Assembly (NCBI GenBank): GCA_963779415.1
Contig: CAVZYA010000001.1
Location: 352,001-416,000 of the forward strand
Length of the DNA stretch: 64,000 nt
Reading direction: 5' to 3'
Source: an uncultured Acidobacteriota bacterium
GTDB lineage: Bacteria; Acidobacteriota; Thermoanaerobaculia; UBA5066
Below, piece after piece: positions 9,543-19,460 of the stretch (position 1 is its first letter; each line of letters starts with the position of its first letter). The position numbers and the translations under genes were made by a program. The notes beneath the pieces were generated by a model. It was not told the DNA's origin. It was given only the letters and a program-made list of their open reading frames with translations, and made no database searches.

Positions 9543-10521
9543 GGGGGAGGGAGGTCACGACGGCCTCGGCCGGGCCGCCGGAGAGGGGAACCGAGAGTCG
9601 GCTCCCTGGCCCGGAGTGATCGAGATGGACGAATGCGAGCGCCACGGTCTTCGAGAGGCGGAGCGACCGGACGGCGCTCGTCACGATGCCCGCCTTCTTC
9701 TCCGCGTGGCGGACCTCCGAGCCGGGGGGCGGCAGGACGGCGAAGGAAAGGAGAAGGCCGACGAGCCGGCGGTTGACGTGTCCGTAGGTCCGGATCCTCG
9801 CCACCGTCTCCTGTCCGATGTAGCACCCCTTCGTGTACGAGACGTAGCCGCGCGCCGGAAGGCCCGCCTCGTCGGGCAGAACCTCCTCGGTCAGCTCGGC
9901 TCCCCAGCGGGGAATTCCCGCCTCGATCCTCGCGGCTTCGAGGATCGCGCTCTCCACGGGAGCCGCGCCGGCCGCGACGAGCGAGTCGCGGAGGGATTCG
10001 AGCTCGCCACGCGCGACGCGGAGGTCGAATCCCTCGAAGCCCCCTCGCGACTCCCGGACGACGAGCGCACCCGACGCGAGGAGGCTGGAGTGCGGCTCCG
10101 GAGGCCCCTCCTGACCGATGACCATTTCGAGAATCTTTCCGGCTCCCGTTCCCTCGACGTGCAGAACGCCCATGACGCCCGTCTGGTTCTCGGCCGCGAC
10201 CTGCTGGAAGAAGATGTACTTGCGGAGGAGCGCGTCGAGCGTCCGGACCAGGCCGGGGTCGGCATCGACGATCAGCTCTTCGGGGGCGCAGAGGACGGCG
10301 AGCTCGGCGAGCATCCGTCCCTTGGGGGTCAGGAAGGCCGCGGCGCATCCCTCGCCCGGGCGGAGCTTCTTGACGTCGTTCGTCACGAGGCCGTGGAGGA
10401 ACTCCGCCCGGTCGCGGCCGCGGACGGCGATCGAGCAGCGCCCCGAGAGATCGAAAAGGAGCGGCTTTGCCCGAAATGCGGACGTGTCGAAGGCGGCTTC
10501 GGACGGGGCTTCTGGCGTCAT
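9532..10521 (-). CDS. ygfZ: YgfZ/GcvT-like folate-binding protein
   Basis: KGCYIGQE signature; GRDRAEFLHGLVTND. Confidence 0.88.
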   Translation of the reverse strand: MTPEAPSEAAFDTSAFRAKPLLFDLSGRCSIAVRGRDRAEFLHGLVTNDVKKLRPGEGCAAAFLTPKGRMLAELAVLCAPEELIVDADPGLVRTLDALLRKYIFFQQVAAENQTGVMGVLHVEGTGAGKILEMVIGQEGPPEPHSSLLASGALVVRESRGGFEGFDLRVARGELESLRDSLVAAGAAPVESAILEAARIEAGIPRWGAELTEEVLPDEAGLPARGYVSYTKGCYIGQETVARIRTYGHVNRRLVGLLLSFAVLPPPGSEVRHAEKKAGIVTSAVRSLRLSKTVALAFVHLDHSGPGSRLSVPLSGGPAEAVVTSLPLAP

Positions 10522-10568
10522 CGGCCGATTCTCTCAGAGGGCTGCGGGGCCGCACGTTACAATGAATC

Positions 10569-11519
10569 GTGAACGCAATCGCCAGCACCAGCCCGCCGCC
10601 CGCCGGGAGCGGGCGCCGTCGTCGCCGTCGCGGCCGGTCGGGGGGGCTGCGTCCGGGCGAAGAACCGACCGACCTCCCGTTCCCCGAGGCGGAGCCGCCG
10701 ACCCTGGCCCTCCCGTCGTCCTTCGAGGCCGTCGTCGCGGCGGCCCCCTCCAGCATGAACCAGGAAGAACAGAGACTCGCCCTCTTCATCGACATCGACA
10801 ACGTCGTCATCGGCCTGCGCGAGACGGGACATCCGAAGTTCGACGTCAAGCTCCTCATCTCGCGACTCCTCGAAAAGGGGAAGATCGTCATCAAGCGCGC
10901 CTACGCGGACTGGAACCGCTATGCCGAGTACAAGCGCGCCTTCCACGAGTCCGCCTTCGAGCTGATCGACATTCCCCAGCACCGGCTGACCGGGAAGAAC
11001 TCGGCCGACATCCGGATGGTCGTCGACGCGATGGACCTCGCCTCCAACAAGGAGCACATCAACGTCTTCGTCATCGGCTCGGGCGACTCGGACTTCTCGC
11101 CGCTCGTCTCGAAGCTGAAGGAGAACGACAAGACGGTCCTCGGCTTCGGCGTGAAGGGGTCGACGTCGGAGCTCCTGATCGACAACTGCGACGAGTTCAT
11201 CTACTACGAAGACCTCGTCCGGGAGCAGGTCAAGGTCCCGGTGGCCTACGGCGTCTCCGAGAGGACCGCCGAGAGCTTCGCCCTCCTCGTCGACTCCATC
11301 CTCGCGCTCAAGCGCGAGAACAAGGAAGTCCTCTGGGGCTCGATGGTCAAGCAGACGATGCAGCGGAAGTATCCGAGCTTCAACGAGTCGTACTACGGAT
11401 TCCGGACCTTCTCCGAGCTTCTCGAGGCGGCCGAAAAGGCGAAGATCATCGTCCTCAAGCAAGACAGCAAGAGCGGCTCGTACATCATCACGGGCTTCGG
11501 CCCCGGCGGAGCGGCCTGA
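10569..11519 (+). CDS. NYN (LabA/DUF88) domain protein with C-terminal OST-HTH/LOTUS domain; alternative start 10755
   Basis: ALFIDIDN, GKNSADI, SGDSDF, CDEFIYY; C-terminal PSFNESYYGFRTFSELL. Confidence 0.88.
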   Translation: MNAIASTSPPPAGSGRRRRRRGRSGGLRPGEEPTDLPFPEAEPPTLALPSSFEAVVAAAPSSMNQEEQRLALFIDIDNVVIGLRETGHPKFDVKLLISRLLEKGKIVIKRAYADWNRYAEYKRAFHESAFELIDIPQHRLTGKNSADIRMVVDAMDLASNKEHINVFVIGSGDSDFSPLVSKLKENDKTVLGFGVKGSTSELLIDNCDEFIYYEDLVREQVKVPVAYGVSERTAESFALLVDSILALKRENKEVLWGSMVKQTMQRKYPSFNESYYGFRTFSELLEAAEKAKIIVLKQDSKSGSYIITGFGPGGAA

Positions 11520-11649
11520 GAAGAGGGGGCGCCCCCCGCGTCTCCGCCGCTGGGAACATCTCGAAAAGGGGAGCCCGGTCGACTTCAGGGTCTTCCGGAT
11601 CCGGGAAGATCGGGTCCGGTCGCCCCGGACGGGGCGGGATCACCGGGTC

Positions 11650-12117
11650 GTGGTTCTCGAGGCGCCGAACTGGGCGAACGTCGTCGCCGTGACGAATGAC
11701 CGGAAAGTAGTCCTCGTCCGGCAGTTCCGGCACGGGACCGAAACCGTGACGCTCGAAATCCCCGGCGGAGCCGTCGACCCCGAGGACGCCTCGCCCCTCG
11801 CGGCCGCGAAGCGCGAGCTGCGCGAGGAGACGGGCTACGTCGCCCGACGCTGGAAGCAGCTCGGCATCGTGGAGCCGAATCCGGCGATCCAGTTGAACCG
11901 GTGCTGGACGTTCCTTGCCGAAGGAGCGCACCTCGCGTGCGAGACCGACCCCGATCCGGGCGAGGAGATCGAGGTCGTCCTCGTCCCGGAAAAGAGCCTC
12001 GAATCCCTCGCCCGCAAAGGCGTCATCCGCCACGCCCTCGTCATCGCGGCCTTCTACTGGAAGGGGCTCGGCGAAAAGAAGAGCCCGGTCAGATCTCGCG
12101 GAACACGAAGCGCTTGA
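11650..12117 (+). CDS. NUDIX hydrolase (ADP-ribose pyrophosphatase-like); true start probably near 11516-11550
   Basis: Nudix box GGAVD...AAKRELREETG; frame stays open and protein-like upstream (WEHLEKGSPVDFRVFRIRED). Confidence 0.85.
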   Translation: MVLEAPNWANVVAVTNDRKVVLVRQFRHGTETVTLEIPGGAVDPEDASPLAAAKRELREETGYVARRWKQLGIVEPNPAIQLNRCWTFLAEGAHLACETDPDPGEEIEVVLVPEKSLESLARKGVIRHALVIAAFYWKGLGEKKSPVRSRGTRSA

Positions 12118-13147
12118 GAACCTGGATCCGGTCGTTGTAGCGCGCCGGGTCCATCAGCCAGATCGCTCCCGCCACCGAGGAGAGGAGCGAGTTGCCGTCC
12201 TGCGGGGTGAAGCAGAAGCCGACGACCTCCTTCCCGCCGTCGGCCACGGCGAGGGTCGGCGTCGATATGACGGTCTGGGAGAGGATCCGGCCGTAGTAGC
12301 CGTGGTCGCGACCGAACGAGAAGACCTCGTTCGCGCTCTTCCGATCCGTGAGGGCGACGAGGGCGTTTTCCTTCAGCTTCTCGACGAGCCGCTTCTTCTC
12401 GATCGGCCTCGGGAGCCGGAAGTCGAACCAGACGGCGTGCATGTACTGCGTATTCAGCTTCACGGCCGATGAGAAGACCTTGGGTGCGAGGCCCAGCGTT
12501 TCGTAGAGGTGGAAGACGTCGTGCGCGTGGTGCGTGCCGAACTCGTCGTCGTCATGCTTGCCGACGTAGGGGGCCGGAATGTAATCACTCGTCTGCGAGA
12601 CGTCGTTCGCCCGCCGCATGCAGACGAAGGTGGCGCGGTCCATCGCCAGCGCGTCGCCCTCCATCCCGATCGTCTTGATCAGGATCGCGAGGTTGTGCGT
12701 GTTGCAGGAGACGACCTGCAGGAAGCGGTCCTCTCCGGGGACGAGCGCGCTGTCGTTGATCCCCCGCGCGTACATCTTTCCGAACCCGAACTCCGAGCCC
12801 TGGGCGACGAAGCCCTTAGGCCCCTTGAGGGTCCTGTAGAGACGCTCCTTGTTGTCGTTTCCCGCCGGCGTGCAGTCGATGACGACGGTGGCCCGCTCGA
12901 GCGCTTCCTGCGCGCTGTGGGAGACCTTGTGGCCGAGCGACTCGAATTCGGCGATCTTCTCCTCGTCCGCGGCGAGATGGGCGCCGCGCGCCATCAGGTG
13001 GTTCACCTTGGCCCGCTCGGTCTTGATCGGGGTCCGCTTGTGGAAGGTGACCTCGTCGATTCCGAGATGGTGGTGGAAATCGGTGAAGAGCCCGATCAGC
13101 GGCTCGCCGATGGTCCCGGTGCCGACGATGTGGACGATGTTCTTCAT
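12089..13147 (-). CDS. Archaeal-type (class II) glyceraldehyde-3-phosphate dehydrogenase-like protein
   Basis: GTGTIG Rossmann motif, VIDCTP, QGSE, VVSCNT catalytic Cys, RRAND, THHAHDV. Confidence 0.7.
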   Translation of the reverse strand: MKNIVHIVGTGTIGEPLIGLFTDFHHHLGIDEVTFHKRTPIKTERAKVNHLMARGAHLAADEEKIAEFESLGHKVSHSAQEALERATVVIDCTPAGNDNKERLYRTLKGPKGFVAQGSEFGFGKMYARGINDSALVPGEDRFLQVVSCNTHNLAILIKTIGMEGDALAMDRATFVCMRRANDVSQTSDYIPAPYVGKHDDDEFGTHHAHDVFHLYETLGLAPKVFSSAVKLNTQYMHAVWFDFRLPRPIEKKRLVEKLKENALVALTDRKSANEVFSFGRDHGYYGRILSQTVISTPTLAVADGGKEVVGFCFTPQDGNSLLSSVAGAIWLMDPARYNDRIQVLKRFVFREI

Positions 13148-13191
13148 GGAACGATTCTAATCGCCGCCAGGCCCTGCTAACGTCTCCCCGG

Positions 13192-13842
13192 ATGGCCTCC
13201 CGCGATCACGTCCGGCTCGCTCCGGTCACCATCCCGGGCCCGGTGGGCCCCCTGGAGGGGCTTCTCAGAAACCCCGCCGACCCGGCCGGCGCGGCCGTCA
13301 TCGCCCACCCGCATCCAGAGCACGGGGGGACGATGCTCACGAAGGTCGTCCATCGGGCGGCCCGGATCCTCTCGGACCGATTCGGTCTCTGCGCGCTCCG
13401 GTTCAACTTCCGGGGCGTCGGAAGGTCCGCGGGCTTCTACGACAGCGGAGCGGGGGAGACCGAGGATCTCGTGGCCGCGGGCCGGTGGCTCCGGCAGCAG
13501 CATCCAGGCGGCCCGTTCGTTCTCGGAGGGTTCTCGTTCGGGTCCGTCTGTGCACTGCACGCGGCCCCGGTCCTCGCGCCGGACGTCCTCTTCCTGATCG
13601 GCGTCCCGACGAGACGCTACCGCTCGGTGCCGTCGGCGCCGGCAGGGACGAGCGTCTTCTGGATTCAGGGGAGTCTGGACGAGTACAGTCGCCCCGCGAA
13701 AGCCAGGGCGCTGGCGGAAGCGCGAATGTGGGACTTCGTGGAGGTCCCGGAGGCCGACCACCTCTTCACCGGCCGTCTCGACGCCTTCGAGGAGGCGGCG
13801 ACCGAAGGGCTGTCGGTCGCTCTCGAAGGGAGGTTGGCGTGA
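13192..13842 (+). CDS. Alpha/beta hydrolase
   Basis: HPHPEHGGTM, RFNFRGVG, GFSFG nucleophile elbow, ADHLF. Confidence 0.9.
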   Translation: MASRDHVRLAPVTIPGPVGPLEGLLRNPADPAGAAVIAHPHPEHGGTMLTKVVHRAARILSDRFGLCALRFNFRGVGRSAGFYDSGAGETEDLVAAGRWLRQQHPGGPFVLGGFSFGSVCALHAAPVLAPDVLFLIGVPTRRYRSVPSAPAGTSVFWIQGSLDEYSRPAKARALAEARMWDFVEVPEADHLFTGRLDAFEEAATEGLSVALEGRLA

Positions 13843-14408
13843 GCACGAAACTTCTGACCCCCCCCGAACGCTCGCAGCTCCTCTCCCGGGCCCGACGAGC
13901 CGGCGCCTCGGCCCTCGGGATTCCGGTCGCGGGGCCGGACCCGGCGGAGCCGTCCGGGCGGCTTTCCGAGCCGGGAATGTGCTTCGTCACGTGGAAGCGC
14001 GACGGGCGGCTCCGGGGGTGCATCGGAACTGTCGAGCCGGTCCGGCCGCTCTGGGCCGACGTCGAGGCGAACGCCGTCCACGCCCTCCTTCACGATCCCC
14101 GCTTTCCTCCCGCCACGCCGAAGGAGTTTCCGCGCTACCGGGCCGACGTTTCGGTCCTCTCGCCCTTCGTCGCGGCGCCGGATCCGCTCTCGGCCATCGT
14201 CATCGGCGTCCACGGTCTTCTCGTCGAAAAGGGGAGCAGACGGGGCCTTCTCCTGCCACAGGTCGCGGTGGAGTGGGGATGGGACGTTCCGACGTTTCTC
14301 CGCCAGGCATGTCTCAAGGCGGGCCTTCCGGAAGAAGCGTGGCGGGAGGGAAACCCTCCGGCGACCGTCTATACCTTCTCCGCGGAGGTCTTCGGCGAGC
14401 CGCTCTGA
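13839..14408 (+). CDS. amrA: AMMECR1-domain protein (AmmeMemoRadiSam system protein A)
   Basis: FVTW..LRGCIG, DPRFPP, GLLLPQVA, CLKAGL; GTGA overlap with upstream gene. Confidence 0.9.
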   Translation: MSTKLLTPPERSQLLSRARRAGASALGIPVAGPDPAEPSGRLSEPGMCFVTWKRDGRLRGCIGTVEPVRPLWADVEANAVHALLHDPRFPPATPKEFPRYRADVSVLSPFVAAPDPLSAIVIGVHGLLVEKGSRRGLLLPQVAVEWGWDVPTFLRQACLKAGLPEEAWREGNPPATVYTFSAEVFGEPL

Positions 14409-15262
14409 CTCGGGGATCCCGCGGCGGCGCCCGCCGCGAAGGCGAGGAGGATCCCGGCCGCGACGGCGGCGTTGAGGGAGTCGACCCGTCCCGAGAGGGG
14501 AATCGTCACCCGTCGGGAGAGGCGGGACTCGAGGGCCGGCGAGATCCCGCGCCCCTCGGAGCCGAGAACGAGAACCAGCGGTCGAAGTCCCGAAAGCGAT
14601 GAAGGGGGATCACCGCCTCGCGTTTCGGCTCCTGCCAGCGTCGCCCCGACTCCATCGGCCCATGCGGCGGCTTCATCGGGAGTCACCCCTGTCGCAATCG
14701 GTATCCGGAGGGCGGAGAGGGCCGAGGCCCGGACCGCTTTCGGCGAGAAGGGAGAGGCGCAGTCGGGCGTCAGGAGGACGCCGGCGACTCCGAAAGCCTC
14801 CGCCGACCTGAGGATCGCCCCGACGTTGGCCGGGTCCTGAATGCCATCGAGGAGGACGAAGAGCGAAGACGAAAAGGGAGACGAAGACGGGGGCGAAGAG
14901 GAAGAAGGAAAGGAAGAAGGGAGGGGGGCCGACGGGGGATGCTTCGAAGCAAAGAGCTCCGGAAGCGATCGGCGGGGCGGAGCGGCCAGCGCGACGACTC
15001 CCCGAGCGGAGGGGAGATCCGAGAGTTTCGAGAGGACCTTCGAAGTGACAAAGTAAAGCGAGGCCCCGCGCTCGGCCGCATTCCGAATTGCTGCGTCCTC
15101 GCCGGCGCCCTCTTCACCTTCTAAGAAGATTTCTCTTGGGACGATCCCCGCCGCGAGGGCCTCGCCTACGGCACGCGCCCCCTCGAGAAGCAGGCTCTCG
15201 CCGCTCTCGACGGCCCGGAGGGCCGCCTGAATCCGCGGGTTCGACGTCGCGGTGATCCGCAT
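14369..15262 (-). CDS. TrmH/SpoU family RNA methyltransferase with a Ser/Pro-rich insertion
   Basis: LDGIQDPANVGAILRSA, LGSEGRG, DSLNAAVA. Confidence 0.9.
   Translation of the reverse strand: MRITATSNPRIQAALRAVESGESLLLEGARAVGEALAAGIVPREIFLEGEEGAGEDAAIRNAAERGASLYFVTSKVLSKLSDLPSARGVVALAAPPRRSLPELFASKHPPSAPLPSSFPSSSSPPSSSPFSSSLFVLLDGIQDPANVGAILRSAEAFGVAGVLLTPDCASPFSPKAVRASALSALRIPIATGVTPDEAAAWADGVGATLAGAETRGGDPPSSLSGLRPLVLVLGSEGRGISPALESRLSRRVTIPLSGRVDSLNAAVAAGILLAFAAGAAAGSPSQSGSPKTSAEKV
15111..15130 (-). repeat. Intragenic AT-rich motif copy (ATCTTCTTAGAAGGTGAAGA)
   Basis: Near-identical to copies at 24073, 41816, 56261. Confidence 0.7.
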
Positions 15263-15311
15263 CGGCAGCCCCGAGCGTAGCCCACCTTCCTCACCGTGCT
15301 AAAACGTCGCG

Positions 15312-16529
15312 GTGAAATCGGAGACGGCGGCGGCAGCGACGGCGGCGGGGGCGGCTGCAGCCAAGGCCGTGCCCCTCTCGGCTCTCTGGACCTTCCCTTC
15401 GATCCTTTTCTCCGCGTTCATCATCGGCTGGGCGGCCGAGGCGGCGCAGTTCCTCGTCTCCCAGGGATTGGCCCTCGCGATCCTCGCGTGGCTCCAGACG
15501 CTTCCCGAGTTCTCCGTGGAAGCCGTCATCGCGTGGCAGGCCGGGAAGGATCCGGCGAAGGTCCATCTCGCGATCGCGAACTTCACCGGTTCCATCCGGC
15601 TTCTCGTCGGCCTCGGTTGGCCGCTCGTCTACTTCGTGGCGGCTTTTTTCGCGGCCCGGACGGGAAAGCGGAAGACCTGGGTGGAGATCCGGCTCGAGGA
15701 CGAGCACGCGGTGCAGGTGATGAGTCTCTTCCCGGTGCTTCTCTGGTTCACGGTGATCTGGTGGAAGGGGACGCTCGGCCTCCTGGATGCCGCGGTCCTC
15801 GTATTTCTCTACGTCGTTTACCTCTGGCTTTTGTCGCGCGTCCCGCCCCGGGAAGAGGACGAGGAAGAGATCGACGATCTCCCGCGCGTCTCCCGGTGGG
15901 CGCTCTCTTTCGGGCCGGGAAAGCGGGCGATTGCCATCGCCGCCCTCTTTCTCGCGGGAGGCGCCATCCTTTATTTCGCGGCGGAAGCCTTCGTCGGGTC
16001 GATGCTCGCGCTCGCCGTCTCGATGGGGGTGGCCCCGTTCTTCTTTGTCCAGTGGGTCGCCCCGTTCCTCTCGGAGTTCCCCGAGAAGCTCTCGGCCTTC
16101 AACTGGGCGCGGCAGATCTCGAAGGCCCCGATGGCGCTGATGAATCTCCTTTCGTCGACGATCAACCAGTGGTCCGTCCTCTCCGGCCTGATTCCCGTCA
16201 TCTACTCGATATCGAGGGGCGAGCCGTCGGCCATCGTCTTCGACACCCACCAGAGGGCGGAGATCCTCCTGACGATTCTCCAGAGCGCTCTCGGATTTCT
16301 CCTGCTCCTGAACCTCAAGTTAGAGGCCTACGAGGCCGGAATTCTCTTCGTCTTCTGGCTGGTGCAGTTTCTTTTCCCCTCGACGCGCGATGCGATGGTC
16401 TGGGTCTACGCCGGCTGGTGCGGGATCGAGCTGATCCGGATCGTCACGGGCGGCCGGAAACCCGTCGCCGTCGAGGCGGCGTGGCGCGTCGTCCGCCAGC
16501 GCGGGGGAGTTCCCGCGGGAGTGGAATGA
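15312..16529 (+). CDS. Ca2+/cation antiporter (CaCA) family membrane protein
   Basis: Alpha-repeat-like TLPEF..ANFTG and SEFPEK..SSTINQ; about 11 TM helices. Confidence 0.7.
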   Translation: MKSETAAAATAAGAAAAKAVPLSALWTFPSILFSAFIIGWAAEAAQFLVSQGLALAILAWLQTLPEFSVEAVIAWQAGKDPAKVHLAIANFTGSIRLLVGLGWPLVYFVAAFFAARTGKRKTWVEIRLEDEHAVQVMSLFPVLLWFTVIWWKGTLGLLDAAVLVFLYVVYLWLLSRVPPREEDEEEIDDLPRVSRWALSFGPGKRAIAIAALFLAGGAILYFAAEAFVGSMLALAVSMGVAPFFFVQWVAPFLSEFPEKLSAFNWARQISKAPMALMNLLSSTINQWSVLSGLIPVIYSISRGEPSAIVFDTHQRAEILLTILQSALGFLLLLNLKLEAYEAGILFVFWLVQFLFPSTRDAMVWVYAGWCGIELIRIVTGGRKPVAVEAAWRVVRQRGGVPAGVE

Positions 16530-16588
16530 CGGATGGATGATGCGTTCGCGTCAGGCCCGGCGAAGGAACCCTCCTCTAGACTCGTGAC

Positions 16589-17813
16589 ATGAGCATCAGC
16601 CATCTCGCAAGGTCCATCGCTGAGTCGCCGACGCTCCGCCTGAACGAGGAGGCGCGGCTTCTTCGGGAGAGGGGCGAGCCCGTCATCCACCTCGGAATCG
16701 GCGAGCCGAAGAACAAAGCCCCGATCAGCGCGATCCTCGGCGCCGCGGGGAAGCTCTTCGCCGGCGACGTGAAATACACGCCGACGGACGGCCTCCCGTC
16801 GCTCAAGAAGGCGATCCTCCGGTACACGGAGGAGAACTACGACCGGGTGATCGCCCCGGAGAACGTCATCGTCTCCGAGGGGGCGAAGCAGTCGCTCTTC
16901 AACGTCCTCTACTCGATCCTGAACCCGCAGGACGAGGTGATCGTCCTCGCCCCGTACTGGGTCAGCTATCCCGAGATCGTGAAGATGGTGCAGGGGGTGC
17001 CGGTCGTCGTGACGCCGGAGGACGGCAGCTTCGTCCCGCAGTTCTCCGAGATCGAACGGGCGGTCTCTTCCTCCACGAGGGCGATCCTCCTGAACAGCCC
17101 GAACAACCCTTCGGGCGCCGTCTTCCCCGAGGCGCTGGTCTCGAAGCTCGTGGAGTTCTGCGAGAGGAAGGGGATCTGGCTGATCACCGACGACATCTAC
17201 CACAAGCTCGTCTTCGACGGGAAGGTCGCCGTCCCCGCGTGGCGATACACGCCGAAGGACGTCGAGACGTCGAAAGTGATCGTCGTCAACGGCGTCTCGA
17301 AGATCTACGGGATGACCGGATTCCGGATCGGCTGGGTGGTCGCGAACCGGGAGCTGGTCCGGATCATGACGAACGTGCAGGCGCAGACGACCTCTTGCGT
17401 GGCAACGGTCTCGCAGGCGGCGGCGGAGGGGGCGCTGACGGGCCTCCAGAGCTACGTCGAGATCTCTCCGCCTCACGCATCCAGAACAACCGCGACGTCC
17501 TGCTGCAGGAGATCCGGACCTTCACGGGACGTGAAGACGGTCGAAGCCCGAGGGAACGTTCTACGCGCTCCCCGACTTCCGCGCCTACGCGAATGGGATC
17601 CGTCGCGATGTCGGAGCTTCTTCTCAAGAAGGCGATGGTCGTCACGGTGCCGGGCAAGCGAATTCGGGATGGAAGGGCACCTCCGCCTCTCGTTCTCGGG
17701 CTCGGTGAAGGAGATCACCGGAGGGGATCGCCCGGATGAAGTGGGCGCTCGATCCCTCGTCCCCGAACGAGATCTACATCGGGGAACGGAAGCTCGTGAG
17801 GGACTGGCTGTGA
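16589..17813 (+). CDS. PLP-dependent class I/II aminotransferase (aspartate aminotransferase); frameshifted after ~17460
   Basis: GEP, NSPNNPSG, DDIY, SKIYGMTGFRIG; C-terminus continues across frames to TGA at 17811-17813. Confidence 0.8.
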
Positions 17814-19460
17814 ACAACATCCTCGACATCAGGACCCCGGCCGAAGGGCGAGGCCCAGGCGCGGAAGGCCGACTACGGCCTCGCCTACCTCGGCCTCTCG
17901 AACCTCCGGAAGGTCTACTGGAACCTTCCGACCGAGGCCCTCTACGAGGAGATCATCTTCCGGCGCGAAGGGCGGATCGCCCGTCGGGCGGCCCGGTCGT
18001 CGTCGACACGGGGAAGCACACGGCCCGCGCCGCGAACGACAAGTTCGTCGTCCGCGAGGAGGACTCGGAGGGGCACATCTGGTGGGGCGTCGTACAACCG
18101 CCCGCTCGCCCCGGAGAAGTTCGACGAGCTCTTCGGCCGGCTGCAGGGGTACCTGCAGGGGCGCGACCTCTTCGTCCAGGACTGCTTCGGCGGTGCCGAC
18201 CCCGACTACCGGCTCCCGGTCCGGATCGTCACCGAGCAGGCGTGGCATCGCCTCTTCGCCCGGAACATGTTCCTGAAGCCCCGGACCGCACGACGAATAC
18301 CGGCGCCACGTCCCGGAGTTCACGGTCCTCTGCGTCCCCGGCTTCAAGGCCTTCCCGCCCGTCGACCAGACACCCTCGGAGACCTTCATCGTCCTCAACT
18401 TCGCCCGCCGGATCTGCCTCATCGGGAACACCGGCTACGCGGGGGAGGTCAAGAAGTCGGTCTTCACGATCCTGAACTACCTCCTCCCGCTCGAGGGGGT
18501 CATGACGATGCACTGCTCGGCGAACGTCGGGAAGGACGGGGCCACCGCGCTCTTCTTCGGCCTTTCCGGGACCGGGAAGACGACGCTCTCGGCGGACCCG
18601 AACCGGGGCCTGATCGGCGACGACGAGGCGGGGTGGAGCGACAAGGGGATCTTCAACTTCGAGGACGGCTGCTACGCGAAGGTCATCGCTCTTTCCGCCG
18701 CGGCCGAGCCGCAGATCTGGGCGACGACGCGCCGCTTCGGGACGATCCTCGAGAACGTGATGTTCGATCCGGTCACGAGGCTGATCGACCTCGACGACGA
18801 CCGCCGGACGCGAAAACACGCGCGCTTCGTACCCTCTCGACTTCATCGAGAACGCCGTCCGAGAGCCGGATGGGCGGGCATCCCCGAAGAACATCATCTT
18901 CCTGACGTGCGACGCCTCCGGGGTGATGCCGCCGATCGCGAAGCTGTCGCCGGACCAGGCGCTCTACCACTTCATCTCGGGCTACACGTCGAAGATCGCC
19001 GGGACCGAGATCGGCCTCGGCAAGGAGCCCGAGATCACCTTCAGCGCCTGCTTCGGCGGGCCGTTCATGGTCCACACCCCGTACACCTACGCGAAGCTCC
19101 TCCGCGGAGAAGATCGAACGGCACGGCGTCGACTGCTGGCTGGTGAACACCGGATGGGTCGGCGGGCCGTACGGCATCGGAAAGCGGATCAGCATCCGGT
19201 ATACGCGGGACCTTCTGAACGCGGCGCTGGACGGAAAGCTGAAGGACGTGGAATACCAGGCCGACCCGGTTTTCGGCTTCGCGGTCCCGAAGAGCTGTCC
19301 GGGGGTCCCCGACCACGTCCTGAAGCCGGCCGACGCGTGGCACGACAAGGCCGAGTACATGAAGAAATACAGGCAGCTCGCCGCGCGCTTCATCGAGAAC
19401 TTCCGGAAGTTCGAGGGAGAGACGCCGGCCGAAATCGTGGCGGCGGGTCCGAAGATCTGA
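17810..19460 (+). CDS. pckA: Phosphoenolpyruvate carboxykinase (ATP); multiple frameshifts
   Basis: [56 protein letters not shown] in successive frames. Confidence 0.88.

Noticed and set aside
17460-19130. Multiple frameshifts in the first aminotransferase and pckA as pseudogenisation or programmed recoding
   Set aside because: Dense single-base indels with intact catalytic motifs and normal codon usage are better explained by sequencing or assembly error; read-level check needed
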